A stretch of DNA of 64,000 nt from Lama guanicoe (taxonomy: Eukaryota), in assembly GCA_013239625.1 (NCBI GenBank), contig MU056050.1, forward strand, positions 978,084 to 1,042,083. Reading direction: 5' to 3'. Shown here piece by piece: positions 50,064 through 63,051 of the stretch. Under the pieces are notes generated by a model, which had not been told where the DNA came from, searched no databases, and saw only the letters and a program-made list of their open reading frames with translations. A program made the translations under genes and the position numbers. Position 1 is the first letter of the stretch, and the number at the start of each line of letters is the position of its first letter.

Positions 50064-53000
50064 GTTCATTCCCTCACACTACATGGGGCCATTGAATAGC
50101 TACTCTCGGACCCTAGTGGACCTCTTTTCCTGGGAGAAACTTGCAAGAGAGCTGTTATTTGGATTAACTAGACCCCCTGACACTACAACTGGTCTCAAAG
50201 TCATAACTGACACTAATCATCCTCCTCCTACCACCATACATTTAGATTCTCCTCACCACAGTCTCTGGTGTGATCCAGACCCTTATCCATAAGGTGTCTA
50301 AGTCACGGTTGCCATGCATTTCCTGGGCTGTGGCTACTGCACTTGTCCATGTATAGTCAAAATTGGGCAAGGACATACCAAAAGACTGACAAATGGATCA
50401 CCTGGATCCAAACATACTCCTCTATGCTGTCAGTGAACAAAAGAAGCCCTACCTCTTCCTGATAGTCAGGATCAGTTATCCCTGCCAGAATGTTGAGTAC
50501 TTTGCTTTCCTGCTGACATCTTGGTATAAAGAGCCTAACAGGACTGGCTGCAACTATATCTTAAAGTTAAATGGAAGACTTTGTGTTTCTCCTAGTAGAA
50601 CTCTCTTGGAACCAGAACTTCTAAACCTGCAGATCCCAGATTTGTGATAACTGGAAACACACATTCCTGCAATCGGCTATTGAGAGTAAAGTTAACCAGG
50701 CCCACTCCTACATTCATCCTTTGATTCTTTGACTCATGTATTCTACTTATTCAGGACACAGTACCATACACAGGTAATTTTTTAAGGTGGAATGGCATCC
50801 TCTGAGCTGGTACCTCAACAGTGTCTTCAGCAGGCTGCTCCATTACTCTATCAGGACATCAGCTTCAGAGTGACACAGTATGTGATTATACCACTGGATC
50901 CGACAGTTATTTCTCACTGTCGTATCTACTTTGCTTTAAAATGGGTCCTTTGAGCCAATGAAGTGCTAGTAGGATTTCATCCTCTTAGAGCAAGTAATCT
51001 GTTAGCCTTCAGAAAGTAGCGATGGCTGAGATCCTGCAGATAGGAAAGAGAACCCAAACCAGAATATGTCAGTTACACTCAGGGTGAAACAGTGCTGAAA
51101 GTAGTTTAATACAGTCAACCTGCCACCAAGTGGCTGATCGATCTCCAGAGATGGTATCCTGTTGAGAGCTTAGTATTGTTCTTTTTTTCCAGCAGATTGG
51201 GCATTTGGCAGCTGCAGTAGCTACATCAGCCTTAGAGAGTGTTGACCCAGACTTTGGGCTTGAGCACAGCCTTAGTATATTTCACTAAGGTAACTCTATG
51301 TTCCATTCTGTTAGCCCTTGATGGCTGATGACAGAAATTGACTTAGAAACGTCAAGTCATTCTATTTTGTTTACTATCTCTTTTGTGGTAGATACTCTGT
51401 GGTAGGCACTGACCTAAAATACAAAGATCCTCTCAACTTGTGTTTTATACCCACAGGTCAAAGTGCACGCACCTTGCCAGATATCCTTGCTCTTAATACT
51501 CCAAACTTTCTATTAAAGGCCTTAGACCAACTAATCAAACAATCTACCTTATTGCAGTATACTTCTCATTCCATAGAAAGTGAATGACTGACCAGGTGCA
51601 CCACGTCAAGCTCTGTGAATTGGGAGGTTTTCTCTCAACAGTATCTTTCAGAGCCTCCCATGAGTGGAGCTATGGTGTAACCATTGTTCATTTGGGGACT
51701 GTGTCCAAGTACCTAGCTGGCCTATTTATGAGCCAGTCTTGGCCTTTTTCTTCCTTGATTAGCTAATCATAAGGAACTCATATGAGACTGGAAGCATGGG
51801 TGAAAGGAGAGGCATCAGTGAAACAGTGGTGGATATCATGGCGGGTCATGGCCACCTGTAGTTTATTTGTGCCCTCTTACCTCTCTTGTGCCTAGTTCTG
51901 AATGTACCATTTCTATATTAAAATCAGTATGCTGAGGCTTACCCTACATTTTTGAAAAGATGTCTATGTTAGATGGGCAGTTCTGGCTACACAGTTACTT
52001 GATACTTCATGGTCAGTTAACTTCTTCTCTGTCAAGGCCCAGTAACACACTAGGATCTGTTTCTCTAAAGGTGTCTATTTCTCTATTGAATGTGGCATGA
52101 GCAAGACGTGCTGCAAAGACTTTTCCTGTTTTGGGCTCCACTCAAACCCGTCAGCCTTTCATGTCATCCCATGTATGAATTTGAGTAGTATATCCATGTG
52201 TGGAGTATGCTGCTTGCAAAACTCAAAGTGACCTACCAGTAATTATATTTCCTTCTTCGTTGTAGGAAGTTCATTATGGAATAATATGTCCTTTCCTTTG
52301 GAGGGAATATCCTAACATGCCGTAGATCATGATATCCCTAAAACCTTAATGAGTGTGGTCTCTCTGGACTTGGCAAAACATTTAACTGCCACCTTCTGGA
52401 GCAATCTGTCTTGCCAACGCCTTCAACATACTTGCCACTTTTTGCTCATCTGGTTAGTTCAGCATGATAACATTGATATAGTGGAACAGTGCCATGTTTT
52501 GTATGATATATAGATAGTACAGACCTCTTCAGAATATATTTTGACAAATATTTAGAGAGTTGACTTATCTGGAGGTCAAGAGTCTAAATATGAACTCTGT
52601 TTCTTCTTTCTGATAAGGATGGAAAAGAACACATTTGCTAGATCAAATGGCTGCATGTATGTATATAGGAGGCTGTGCTAATCTGCTGTAGAAAAGAAAC
52701 CACATGTGGCATAGAAGCTGCAATTGGGACAATTATTTGGTTGAATTTCTTGTAGCCCATCATCATCCTCCAGAATATGGCTTTCATAGGTTCCAGGTGG
52801 GTCAGTTAAATTAAGAGCTAAACAATTTCTGCATTCCCTATGGGAAGTGATACTGCTTTTGATTTAATCTCTTAGAGGGCTAGTTCTAAAGGCTTCTACT
52901 TATCTTTCTCCCTATATAATAGCTTTTACTCCAGATGTCATCTTTAATAAGTAAGAGGCCTGAGTCTGTACTACAAGAAGTTTTTGTACCTGAATCCATG
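50064..53000 (-). mobile_element. ERVL internal region #2 (HERV16-int-like; RT-RNaseH-IN-dUTPase-PPT), decayed
   Basis: On the minus strand: 'LTSGVKAII' ~52915-52942, 'LFHYINVIM' (HYIDDIM) ~52463-52489, IN 'TWWQVDC' ~51110-51131, dUTPase 'SAGLEVLVP' ~50608-50634 and 'DPDYQEEV' 50450-50473. Confidence 0.9.
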
Positions 53001-53149
53001 TTATTGTACTGATGTGAAAGCCCCAAAGTAATATAGTAATGTAAAATATTGTTCACAGTCAATGAACCCCCTAAGGACTAGACAGGGGTCACCAGACAAC
53101 TGCCCTACAGAAAGGTCTCCGCAAATCAGGACATGCATGGAAGGATGCT

Positions 53150-54120
53150 TCGGTGGAAGATGACTCTGCATGAAGGTGAACTCACAAATCAAAATTATTA
53201 AGCACATGAAGATGCCCAACAGCATGGAAGATGTAGACTACTCTACATAACAGTAGTCACCCAAATTCACACACAATAAACTATGGATAACAATAATTTG
53301 ACAGGGAATTTAAAATATGTATGAATGAATATGAGCCATATGACATTCTGGAATATACAAAATTAAACCATGGTATAGAAATCAAATTAGCAGTTATCTC
53401 TAGGAGGATAACAGAGACAGTCTCCTCATACGTAGAACAGAGAAATTAAGAGACGGAAATTATTGAAGAAAGGAGAGAGTGGAGAGAATGGAAGAGAGGA
53501 AATACCGTACGAAAAAAGGAATGATAATTTTCCATTAATGCACAAGTCATATGTCCAAAGATTGAAAATCACCAAATCTGCACACACATAATGATGAAAA
53601 TGTAGAACACCAAGGATAAAGACAAATACTAAGCACTGTTAGAGACAAAAAGACAGATCGCTTGCAATGGAATGGCAATCGGAAAATAATTTCTTAGAAG
53701 CAATAATATGTGCCATAATATAGCAATGATATACTTGAAAAGCTGAATGGAAATTCTTGTGAACCTGCAACTTTATAAGTAGCAAAATTATCATTTAAGA
53801 GTAAATGCAAAATAAAAATCCTTTCAGATATGTAAGGACTTAGAAATTTTACTGCCCGTAGACCATCACCTGAAAGAACTCCTGAAGGATTTTTTAAAAA
53901 CAACATTGAAGAAAGAAGAAATGTAATTAAAAAAAGCAAGTGTGAAAAATCATAACATTTGGTGGTAAAGTTAATATTGGCTGTAAGAAAAAGAATGAGA
54001 CCAACAATAACATTTTTATTTATTTAAATATATACTGCAGCTTAAAGTATTAGATAAGAAGAATATGAAGTGTGCATGTGTGGAGGGGAATTTGGAAGGG
54101 ATTTAAAATATGCTAAGACT
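53150..54120 (+). mobile_element. Ancient HAL1/L1M ORF1-containing fragment
   Basis: 'gcaaaattatcatttaagagtaaatgcaaaataaaaatcctttcagatatgtaaggacttagaaattttactgccc...gaaagaactcctgaagga' is an ORF1 C-terminal motif. Confidence 0.65.
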
Positions 54121-54134
54121 TTTTGTTTGCTGTA

Positions 54135-56258
54135 TTTTTCAGCTTTATTGAAATATAATCCATATACCATTATAATTCATCCACTTAAACTGTACAATGC
54201 AATATAGTAAAATCTATATTCATAGTTGTGCAATGATCACCACAAACTAATTTTTGAATATTTCTATCATCCTTAAAGAAGAAAGGTATCTCTAAAGGTG
54301 TCTGTTTCTCCCCTTTCCCCTCTGACTCTTCAGCCCTAGAAAGCCACTAGTCTACTTTATATCTCTATGGATTTGCCTATTCTGGAAATTTCATATGATG
54401 AATGGAGTCATAAAATATGTAGTCCATTATGTCTGGCTTCTTTCATTTAGCATAATGTTTACAAAGTTCATGTTATGGCATGTATCAGCATTTCATTTTT
54501 TTAATGATTGAATAATATTCCATTATATAGGTATACCAAATTTTGTTTATTTTTCATTAGATAGCCTTTTGGGTTGTTGCTACTTTTTGGCTATTATGAA
54601 AAATGCTGCTGTGGAGAACACTCTTGTTCAAATTTTTGTGTATTCATGTGCTTTTATTTCCCCTGGGTATATACCTGGGAATGAAATTGCTGGCTTATAT
54701 GATAACTTGATGTTTAACATTTTGAGGATCTGTCAAATTGTTTTCCAAAGTACCTGTACCATTTTACATTCCCATCAGAATTTTATGAAAATTCCAGTTT
54801 TTCTACATTTTATTGTCTTTTTTCATTCTAGTCAATTTAGTGAGTGTGAATTGGCACCTCATTGTGGTTTTCATTTGCATTTCCCTAATAGGTAATGATA
54901 TTAAGCGTCTTTTCTGCTTAGTGGCCATTTGTGTATACTATTTGGAGAAATGTTTATTCAGATCATTTGGCTATTTTTAAACTGGGTTGTCATCCTTTCT
55001 TTTTTTAAATAGAGTTGCAATAGTTGTTTATATATTCTAGATACAGATCTCTAGCCTTTTATCAGATAAATTATTTCTTTTCATTTTCTGTCATTATGTT
55101 GGTTATCTTTATACTTTCTTGGTAATATGCCTTGATGCATAAAAGGATTTTAATTTTGGTGAAATCCAATTTGTTTTTTCTTGTGTATAAAAAAAGTTGC
55201 CTAATGTAATGTCTTGCACATTTTCGTCTGTATTTTCTTCTAAGAGTTTTCAAGTTTTGCTGTTATGTGTAGGCATATGATACATTTAATTCAAATTTTG
55301 TATATGGTTTAGGAAGGGGTCCAACTTCATTCTTTCGCATTTTGCTATCCATTCATCTCAGCACAATTTGTAAAAAAGACTATTCCAGTTGAATTGTCTT
55401 GGGAGCCTTGTCAAAAATCAAATGACCATAAATGAGGTTTTATTTACTGGCTCTTAATTCTATTTCATTGATCTCTCCTTATGACAGTGCCACATTGTTT
55501 TGATTACCTGTGTTCTGACTTTTGAAGTCAGGAAATGTGAATCATCCAACTTTGTTCTTTTTTTTTTTCAAGATTGTTTTTATTATTCTGGGTCTCTTGC
55601 AATTACACATGAATTTTAGGATCAGCTCATAAATTTATGCCAAAAAAGCAGTCTAGGTTTTCTGTAGTAATTTAGATAATACTAGTTATGAATGTATTGC
55701 TATCATGAGTACGGAGTGTCTTATTTAGGTTTTCTGTAATTTCCTTAAAAAATGTTTTGTAGTTTTCATTGTACAAGTGTTGTACTTCTTTTAGTTAAAT
55801 TTAGTCCTAATTATTTAATTCTTTTTTATGTTTTAAATGGATTTGTTGCCTTAATTTCATTTTCAGACTGTTCATTACTAGTGTATAGGAATACAATTGA
55901 TTTTTACTTAATGACCTTATATCCTCAACCCTTTTAAACTCATTTACTAGCTCTAAGTTTTTAGTGGATTCCTTAGTGTTTTCTCTATACAAGAGTATGT
56001 CATCTGAAAATATAGTTTGCCTTCTTCCTTTCTAATCTGAATATTTTGATTTCTCTTTCCTGCCTAGAACCTCCAGTGTAAAGTTGAATGGAAGTAGTGG
56101 GAGCAGGCATCCTTGTCTTGTTTTTGATCTTAGAAAGTGTTCAGTCTTTCACCATTAACTCTGTTAACTCTGAGTTTTTTCATAGATGGCTTTTTTCAGC
56201 TTAAGGAAATTTTCTTCTATTTCTAGTTGGTTAAGTATTTTTATCATGAAAAGTTGTC
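54135..56258 (-). mobile_element. Old L1MB-like 3' UTR plus ORF2 fragment
   Basis: 3' end 'cagctttattgaaatataatccatatacc...ttcatccacttaaactgtacaat'. ORF 55807..55992 (YRENTKESTKNLELVNEF) is ORF2 just downstream of FADD. 'ggcatccttgtcttgt' (RQGCP). Confidence 0.88.
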
Positions 56259-57289
56259 TTAATCCAACATCATTATAATCAGCATTATTAATTAATAAAA
56301 TTTGCTGAATACCTACTGTGTTCCAGACTTTATGCTATGTTCTGTGGATATCTACTGAATCCTTATGGGGTCCATTGCAGTCAATTAACTTACAGATTTG
56401 TTCAGACAAAATAGAATATTATTTTCATGAATGTGGGAGCTTAGTGAGGAAGGCTTAGGATAAAATCAAAATGAACATAGAATTGATTTTCTAAAAAGTA
56501 CCAATTATAAAATTTTATTATTATTCACATGGGTATATATCTTCCTGCAAAGGTAGAGCATAATTATCATACATCAGTCAGAATGGCTGAGTTTCTGATT
56601 TTAGTGAAATGGGAGAGTTTCACCATTGGTGATAGAATGTGTCTAACAAATTTTATTCTTCAGACTCTTTGCTTCAAGTCCATGACATTTTACTAGCTCT
56701 GTTTGTTTCATATGTTTTTCATCAATTAATGTCTATTGAGGATAATGTTTAATGTATTGGGACATATTTAGTTTTAGTATAGGAATCTTTTAATCAATAA
56801 ATGTCCCACAAGGCCAGTTTTGCTTTTGCTGAGGTGGAAAAAAAAAATCCCTGTTGTCACTGCTTTAGGAGAAATAAAGCCATAGGAAATGTGACAGTCT
56901 GCTGTACTTCACAAGGTGACTTATGGTTAATACTTTGTTGTGATAGAATCATACAAAACCTTTGTAGCTAATATAAATCAAATGTAAATTTCATCATTGT
57001 TCAATATAAATCTGTTTTCCTATGGCCACTGTCTCCAGAACTTGATTGCCCCTCTATCTTTCTCTTCTCCTCAGGAGCTTGAGTCTTCTTAGTGATCCTA
57101 ATTTCCTCAGAAGCACTTGAGTTTCCAGTGGGAATTATTTTTTGAATAATATCTTCCATCTCTAAATCTTGATTTTCTTATAAGTCAAATCCTTCTCTGT
57201 TATTTACATTATGATTTTCAAGAAAAAATGTGGTTAATTTATGATTTTCTGGGCTTTCAAATAATTTATCTTTAACTTAAACATTTGTG

Positions 57290-57570
57290 AATAAAAGATT
57301 CAGCTAAATGTCAACTCTTCAGAAAGGTCTTTACTGAAATCTTTACTTAATGGTCCCCCCTCCCCTTATTCACAGCTAGCTTTTCTGCTTTATAACATTT
57401 TTTACAAATTTTATTGACCATTTATTTGTTTACTGTCTTCCTTCCTCTGATTAGAATATTAACTGCATGATCACAGAAACTGCTTTTTTCCCCCCTGTAT
57501 TATTGAAATCACTGAGTTCATGGCTGGTACATAATCAGCAGTTTGGTGGATAAATGAATGAATCGATTAA
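57290..57570 (+). mobile_element. LINE-2 3' end
   Basis: 'aaatgtcaactcttcagaaaggtctt...tttgtttactgtcttcc...tagaatattaactgcatga...ggctggtacataa...aaatgaatgaat'. Confidence 0.7.
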
Positions 57571-57629
57571 TGGGAAGAAGGAACGAGGGGAAATATGGAT
57601 GGATAGATAGCTGAGTGAATGAATAGTTA

Positions 57630-57810
57630 AGAGGTTTTAATTGACAGTAAGTTCAGTAAGAGACAATAGTGTAATACGGCTGCCAAAGCACTGATAAGAG
57701 GGCTGTCATAGAGTACAGGGATTAAATTGCTCTTAATTTCACAAGCTGGAACTAGGGCCAATAGATGAGGTACAAAGAGATGTTAACAACAAATTAACTT
57801 TAGAAATAAG
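57630..57810 (+). mobile_element. CR1/L3 LINE relic
   Basis: 'ttgacagtaagttcagtaagagacaatagtgtaatacggctgccaaagc' resembles L3 (aagctgaatatgagccaacagtgtgatgtggctgccaaa). Confidence 0.5.
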
Positions 57811-57879
57811 TTTTTTTCATTTTCTAATCTTTCCCCCCTGGCTTTATTGAGGTAAAATGGAAATAATAATAGTATCTAC

Positions 57880-58240
57880 TATAATAAATAGACCTAAGCT
57901 GAGGCTTATGTAGGTTAAGTATCTAGCCCAGGGTTACACAGCTAATAAGAAGCAAAGCTAGAAGGTAACCCCTAGCTTTTATGACTCCAAAGCTGGATCT
58001 CTTAACCTCTTCACTATATTTCCATACTTATCAGCCAAGCGCGGTACTAGGTGTTCTACCTGGATATCTGATTTAGTGATCATGAAAACCATATTAAGTA
58101 GGTGCTTATTATCAGCCAGATTATAAAGCTGAGAAAACTGAAGCTCAGAGAAATTAACTTGCTTGACTGAGTTAAAGAAATTAGTGTCAAAATTATCCAA
58201 ATTCATCTGATTCCAAATTTCATGCTCCTTCCACTCAGCA
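57880..58240 (-). mobile_element. Two adjacent MIR fragments
   Basis: 'gctgaggcttatgtaggttaagtatctagcccagggttacacagctaataag' and 'gaaaactgaagctcagagaaattaacttgc'. Confidence 0.7.
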
Positions 58241-58480
58241 ACTCACTTTTAGTGCTTGACCTCTCAGTGTTAATAAAGTGATCATTTGCTTTTATGGGAC
58301 ATTGTGAAATGACTTGACAAATCAGTTCTTCTGCTGATTTGTCATGGGGTCAGAAATGTCCCAGTATTGCTTAAGGGTCATCTCAAGGAAACTTATGTTT
58401 TAAACTTTTATCTGGTGATGGAATAGTTAGCAGGAATCTATTTTAATTAAAATTTTCAATAATGTAGTCCCTACTGCAGA

Positions 58481-58843
58481 ATGTGATAGACACTGTGCTG
58501 TGCCACTCAGAACCTCCCCAGGAATGGAGGACTTACTCTCTTAGCTACTAAGAGGAGGGAAGAAAAGTGCCTCACCCAAGGGGCTGCTCCTAATGAGGAC
58601 TGATCAACTGATCAAAGGGGTATAAAGACTCATGCCCCACTATTCTGGGCTGACCCTGAAAGCTCATCTTGGTGGATTCATTGAGATCTTTGTTGGCATC
58701 GTATGGCAGCTCAACTTTTCTCTTGGCTAATCTTGCTTCTTCCCATTCCTGTCCTGTCTAGAGGTATTAATCCGGAGTGTTCTCCTGTGTACTTCCTGCA
58801 TGCTAATCTCAGAGTTTGCTTGTCAGAGAACCCTATTTGCAAC
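58481..58843 (+). mobile_element. LTR16A-like ERVL solo LTR
   Basis: Starts TGTGATAGACACTGTGCTGTGCCACTCAGA. 'ggggtataaag' TATA. Ends 'ctgcatgctaatctcagagtttgcttgtcagagaaccctatttgcaac'. Confidence 0.8.
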
Positions 58844-60233
58844 TGAAAGCATAGGGCAGGAGATGAAAAGGAGTGAGAAGACATGGGGGATGAGAAGAAA
58901 TACAGTGGGGAAGATCAGGAGCTGGATACACAGGGCACAACTCATCAGTGAGGCACTAAAGATTGATGGGAAACAGGAGGGCTAGTTGCATATTTCACAA
59001 CTTTCTTGTGAGCTCAGCACCCTTGTCCACCAACGTAGGCTTTAAGGCTATACTCACATGATGCCAATTCAATCATTTAGTATATATAATTATATAGTTT
59101 AGATATAGATATGTGTGTATCTGTATCTGCACGGAGATATATACATACGTAGACACGTACATGTGTTTGTGCACCATCTTGGCTGAACAGCCAGTTGATT
59201 GACTGATGAGTTACTTTTCCACCAGGTGTTTGTTTTGATTTCATGTTAAAAACCTTGGAAAAGGGAAGGTTTTCTAACTATGTAGCAGGGAAAGTAATTA
59301 AGTTTCCTTCTACTGAGAAGCCATGTCAGCAGCATTCAGTAAAAATGCAGGGTAAGGTACAAGATATGAAAATTGCAGTGTACTAACAAATGGAAAACCT
59401 TCCACTGTCAAGAAATTAGAGGGCTCCAGTACTCTTTTAAACGCATCCTGATTGTTTTTGCTTTTTCCTTTGAATTCTGAGGCCAGTCTGGAATGAGGAG
59501 TGACAGGAGGCAAAAGGAGAAGCAAAGAGCAACATTTCCTGTTTTTTTTGGGTAACTGTCATTCAGTCTTGTGGAACATCCTGTCATGAGTATGCTTTCC
59601 TGTCCCTACTTTGTGTCAGCACAGTGGGCTAGCTAAGATCTGCTAGAATCAGATTTTGCATAATGCTATGCCAGTCCATAAATATCCATGCATTCTTGCA
59701 GTATGCCTGTTTTACTATCTATAATGAAATGTACATGGTTAAATCTGTTCGTGGCTTGACATTTATCCACTAGGAGTAGGTTTCGCCTTAAAAAGCTGGA
59801 TTTAGTGAGAAGAATTCAAAGTTCAAAAAGCAACTTTGACCTGGAGCTTTCACATAAGGATCTCTAGTGGAAATACCAAAGAAGTGGAAGACACAGTCCT
59901 TGCCCCTGAGGAACTTGCAGTCTATCTAACAACATCAAGTATACACACATGAGAAAACTTGAAAGTAGCAGAGAATGATTTAATGCAGTACCTCTCAAAG
60001 GTGTCTATGGGGAAAGAAGAGTGAAATCACACACCTGGAGGCTAGTTGGAGCTTTTCTTAAAAGTCAAACATATTTTTGCATGTGAGATATTTCTTGTTT
60101 TGTCCTAAAACTCAGGCAAAAATCTAACTTATTTCTAAATCTATTTAAGTGTGTTTCAATAGAGAAATGATGCTCTTGCCTGCTCCCCAATCTTAAAATG
60201 AAATGGACACTCCAGAAAGATGCAGTATGTTTC

Positions 60234-60250
60234 GTGTGTGTGTGTGTGTG
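60234..60250. repeat. (GT)n microsatellite
   Basis: gtgtgtgtgtgtgtgtg read directly. Confidence 0.9.
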
Positions 60251-60583
60251 ATTTATCCTAACACCTGGAATTTGAAAAGCCTGGAGTTCATTTGTATTCC
60301 CTCAGATGACCTAATCTGTGAGTACAGGCTTTCTTCTCAAAAGACTATCTAGGTATCATTAAGAAATGTGACAACCTGTTAAAAATATTGTTGTGCAAGT
60401 GGGTCTTTCCTACCTCTCTGGCAGCACCATATAAGTGCTGTTATAAAGCCCTGGGACGACGTCTGCTTGGAAACATGTTAATCATTGGTTGGCAATAACT
60501 AGAAAGTAACCACAAGATATATCTCCTTCATTTAGTCTTAGAGTGAATTATTTTGTGCCTGTATCTTTTTTGCTGAAGTGTAT

Positions 60584-61091
60584 TATATTAGTTTTCTATT
60601 GCTGCTGTAACAAATTACCACAAACTTAGTGGCTTAATGCAACACAAATGCATTATGTTGGAGTTCTGAAGGTCAGAAGTCTGAAATGGCTCTCATTGGG
60701 CTAAAATCAAGGTGTGAGCAGGTCTGCGTTCATTTTGGGAAGCTTTAGGGAAGCATCTGTTCTTGTGTTTTCCAGCTTCTGAAAGCTTCCTATATTCCTT
60801 AGCTCCATGGCCCCTTTGTTTTTCAAAACCATCTATGACTGGTCAAGTCTTTCTTCCATTGCATTACTCTGACACTGACTCTTCCTCTTTCACATTTAAG
60901 GGCCCTTATAATTACATTGGGCTCACCAAGATAATCCAGGATAATATCTTTACTTCAAGGTTAGCAGCTGATTAGTGACCTTAATTCCGTCCAATACCTT
61001 AATTCTCCTTTGCTATGTAATACGACATATTCACAGGTTCTGGGGATTAGGGCCTGGACATCTTTGAAAGGCCATTATTCTGCCTACCACA
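60584..61091 (-). mobile_element. MLT1D-like (MaLR) solo LTR
   Basis: 'tattagttttctattgctgctgtaacaaattaccacaaacttagtggcttaa...ttattctgcctaccaCA'. 5-bp TSD tgtat/tgcat (1 mismatch). Confidence 0.9.
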
Positions 61092-62319
61092 TGCATTGAA
61101 GCTGATATCCTCTTTCTGAGATTGGAGAAAAACCTTCTTTTCACTCCTATATGTGCTTATTTGAAAATGGGATAAAAATCTCTGATGAAAAGGGTTCCTA
61201 TGAGTGTGTTTGTAAGTACGCTTGTGTTCTGATCAAGTATTGATAAATAGGAAAATGGAAGGATTGCTTTTATAAGCTTGAAGTAAGTCTCTTTAGGAGA
61301 AGGGAACATATCTGAGGATTCAGTGGATTTTTGTTTCATTGCTTTGCTTTGGTTTGGTATTTTCAGTGGGGGATTTCCTGGGTAAGATAAGGAAAGATCA
61401 GTCTCGTTCATCACCCGCAGCATGCCATACAAATGTTAGCATTTTTCTGTGTGCCATAATGTGAAGATAGTTGGGACACACTGCCTTAGTCTATATCTAG
61501 TCCTACATGTAGTTCCATGAACCACAGACTGAAAAACCACTGTTCCCTCTGTGAATACCTGTGATATTCTGTAAATTGTTCAAATGCTGTCTCATCTGCT
61601 TTGCTAATTCTTTCTGATCTTAAAATTTTGTGTTCTTTTCTAGAACACAGTTTGTTCAATGAATTGATAATTTTTCTTTTTCATGTATTGCTGATGTCCT
61701 GGATCAAAATCTGAATAAGTAGCTCACGAGAAGAACACAGAACCTTTTTTAAAAAAAAAAACAAACTCACATTGCAAAATGACAAAAAGATCTATGACAA
61801 GAGAGTGTGGTAAGGGTTCACTCTTGAGATTTTGATGCCTGGCACTTGTATGTACAGTGACAATGCATCTGAATGAAAGACTTACTAATTATGATTCACT
61901 GCTTATTAGGCTAGAAGTACCAGTCTCAGCGCTTGAGGAGCTTTCCTGATTAGCGTCATGTAGGAAGTTGCTACAGTCTATCCTTCCTATTCAATCTGAC
62001 TCCCCTCATGGATGCTACCATGATCAGTGTGGCAGCTGACTGCCAGTCAGATTTCAATATTCATGCTATGCTGTTGACTACGTGTTCATTAGGTATCCTT
62101 GTCAGATTTATAAGAAACACTTAAATATGTTCCAAATTATCTTTTGTGCTAGGCATCCTTTGGGAGGCAAGGCTGTGGAGATGTGAGAGAATGGGATTAT
62201 CGTCCAGCCTAGGCTCAGTAGCAGCTGGTTCTGTGAGTACTATAAGACTATTACAGATTTCAATGTATATATGAACAACGTAGTCAAATGCATAGTGGTA
62301 TTTATAATCATCATTCTGT

Positions 62320-62520
62320 TATCCCTTATGCTAGCCTAGGCACTGTACTAAGCATTTTACATACATTATTGCAGCTAATATTTTTCAACAACCATGTGAG
62401 TTAGATCCTATTATTATGCATTTTAACAGTTGAAGGTAGTAATACTCAGAGAGGTATAGTAAGTTGTCCAAGGCCAAACAGCTAATAAGCACAGAACCAT
62501 AATTTTAGCTATGATCTGTA
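62320..62520 (-). mobile_element. MIR SINE
   Basis: 'ctaggcactgtactaagcattttacatacatt...caacaaccatgtgag...ctcagagaggtatagtaagttgtccaaggccaaacagctaataag'. Confidence 0.8.
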
Positions 62521-62526
62521 TCAGAT

Positions 62527-63051
62527 TGTCTTAATTTAGGTTCCCTTGAAAGCAGAGCCTATGACAGAGAGTTGAGTCAAGGTAGTTTATTTGGGATGTG
62601 ATCCCAGAAATCAAGATGAGAGAGTAGGGAGGCTAAATCAGGTAAGAAGGAAAAGCTAACACAAGAAAGCATTTTTAAGTCACTATGGTGGGGAACAGAG
62701 GCTCAGTTTTACTGGAACCTCCTGGAAATACACAAAATACCTTCTAGAATAATTCACCTGAAAAGATACGGAAAGATTTATTCACTGGTCCCCATCCTCC
62801 AATGGCTAAGGGTTGTCCCTGAGAGTGTTAAATCAACTGCACTTCTGGGTTGCATTTATTGGAAGACCAAAAGGCATGAGAGAAGGCCTTGGGTTAAAAA
62901 GTAGGAAAACCTCAAGCTATGTATAGGCTGGAGGTGGAACAGCTGCAGCAGAAGGTTGCCGGAGCTGCCTGCACCTGTCCACCAGCACAGCAGCTGAAGT
63001 CAGAGGGCTTCCCGGAGGCCGTGACGTGCAGCACCAGCGGTGTCTGTTACA
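62527..63051 (-). mobile_element. LTR16/LTR33-group ERVL solo LTR
   Basis: 'TGTCTTAAtttaggttcccttgaaagcagagcctatgacagagagttgagtcaaggtagtttatttgggatgtgatcccag...gcaccagcggtgtctgttaCA'. Confidence 0.82.

Noticed and set aside
59318..59358. Possible first coding exon gccATGTCAGCAGCATTCAGTAAAAATGCAGG|gtaagg (MSAAFSKNA)
   Set aside because: No CpG island or clear promoter, the peptide is not recognised, and an ATG-donor pairing is expected by chance.
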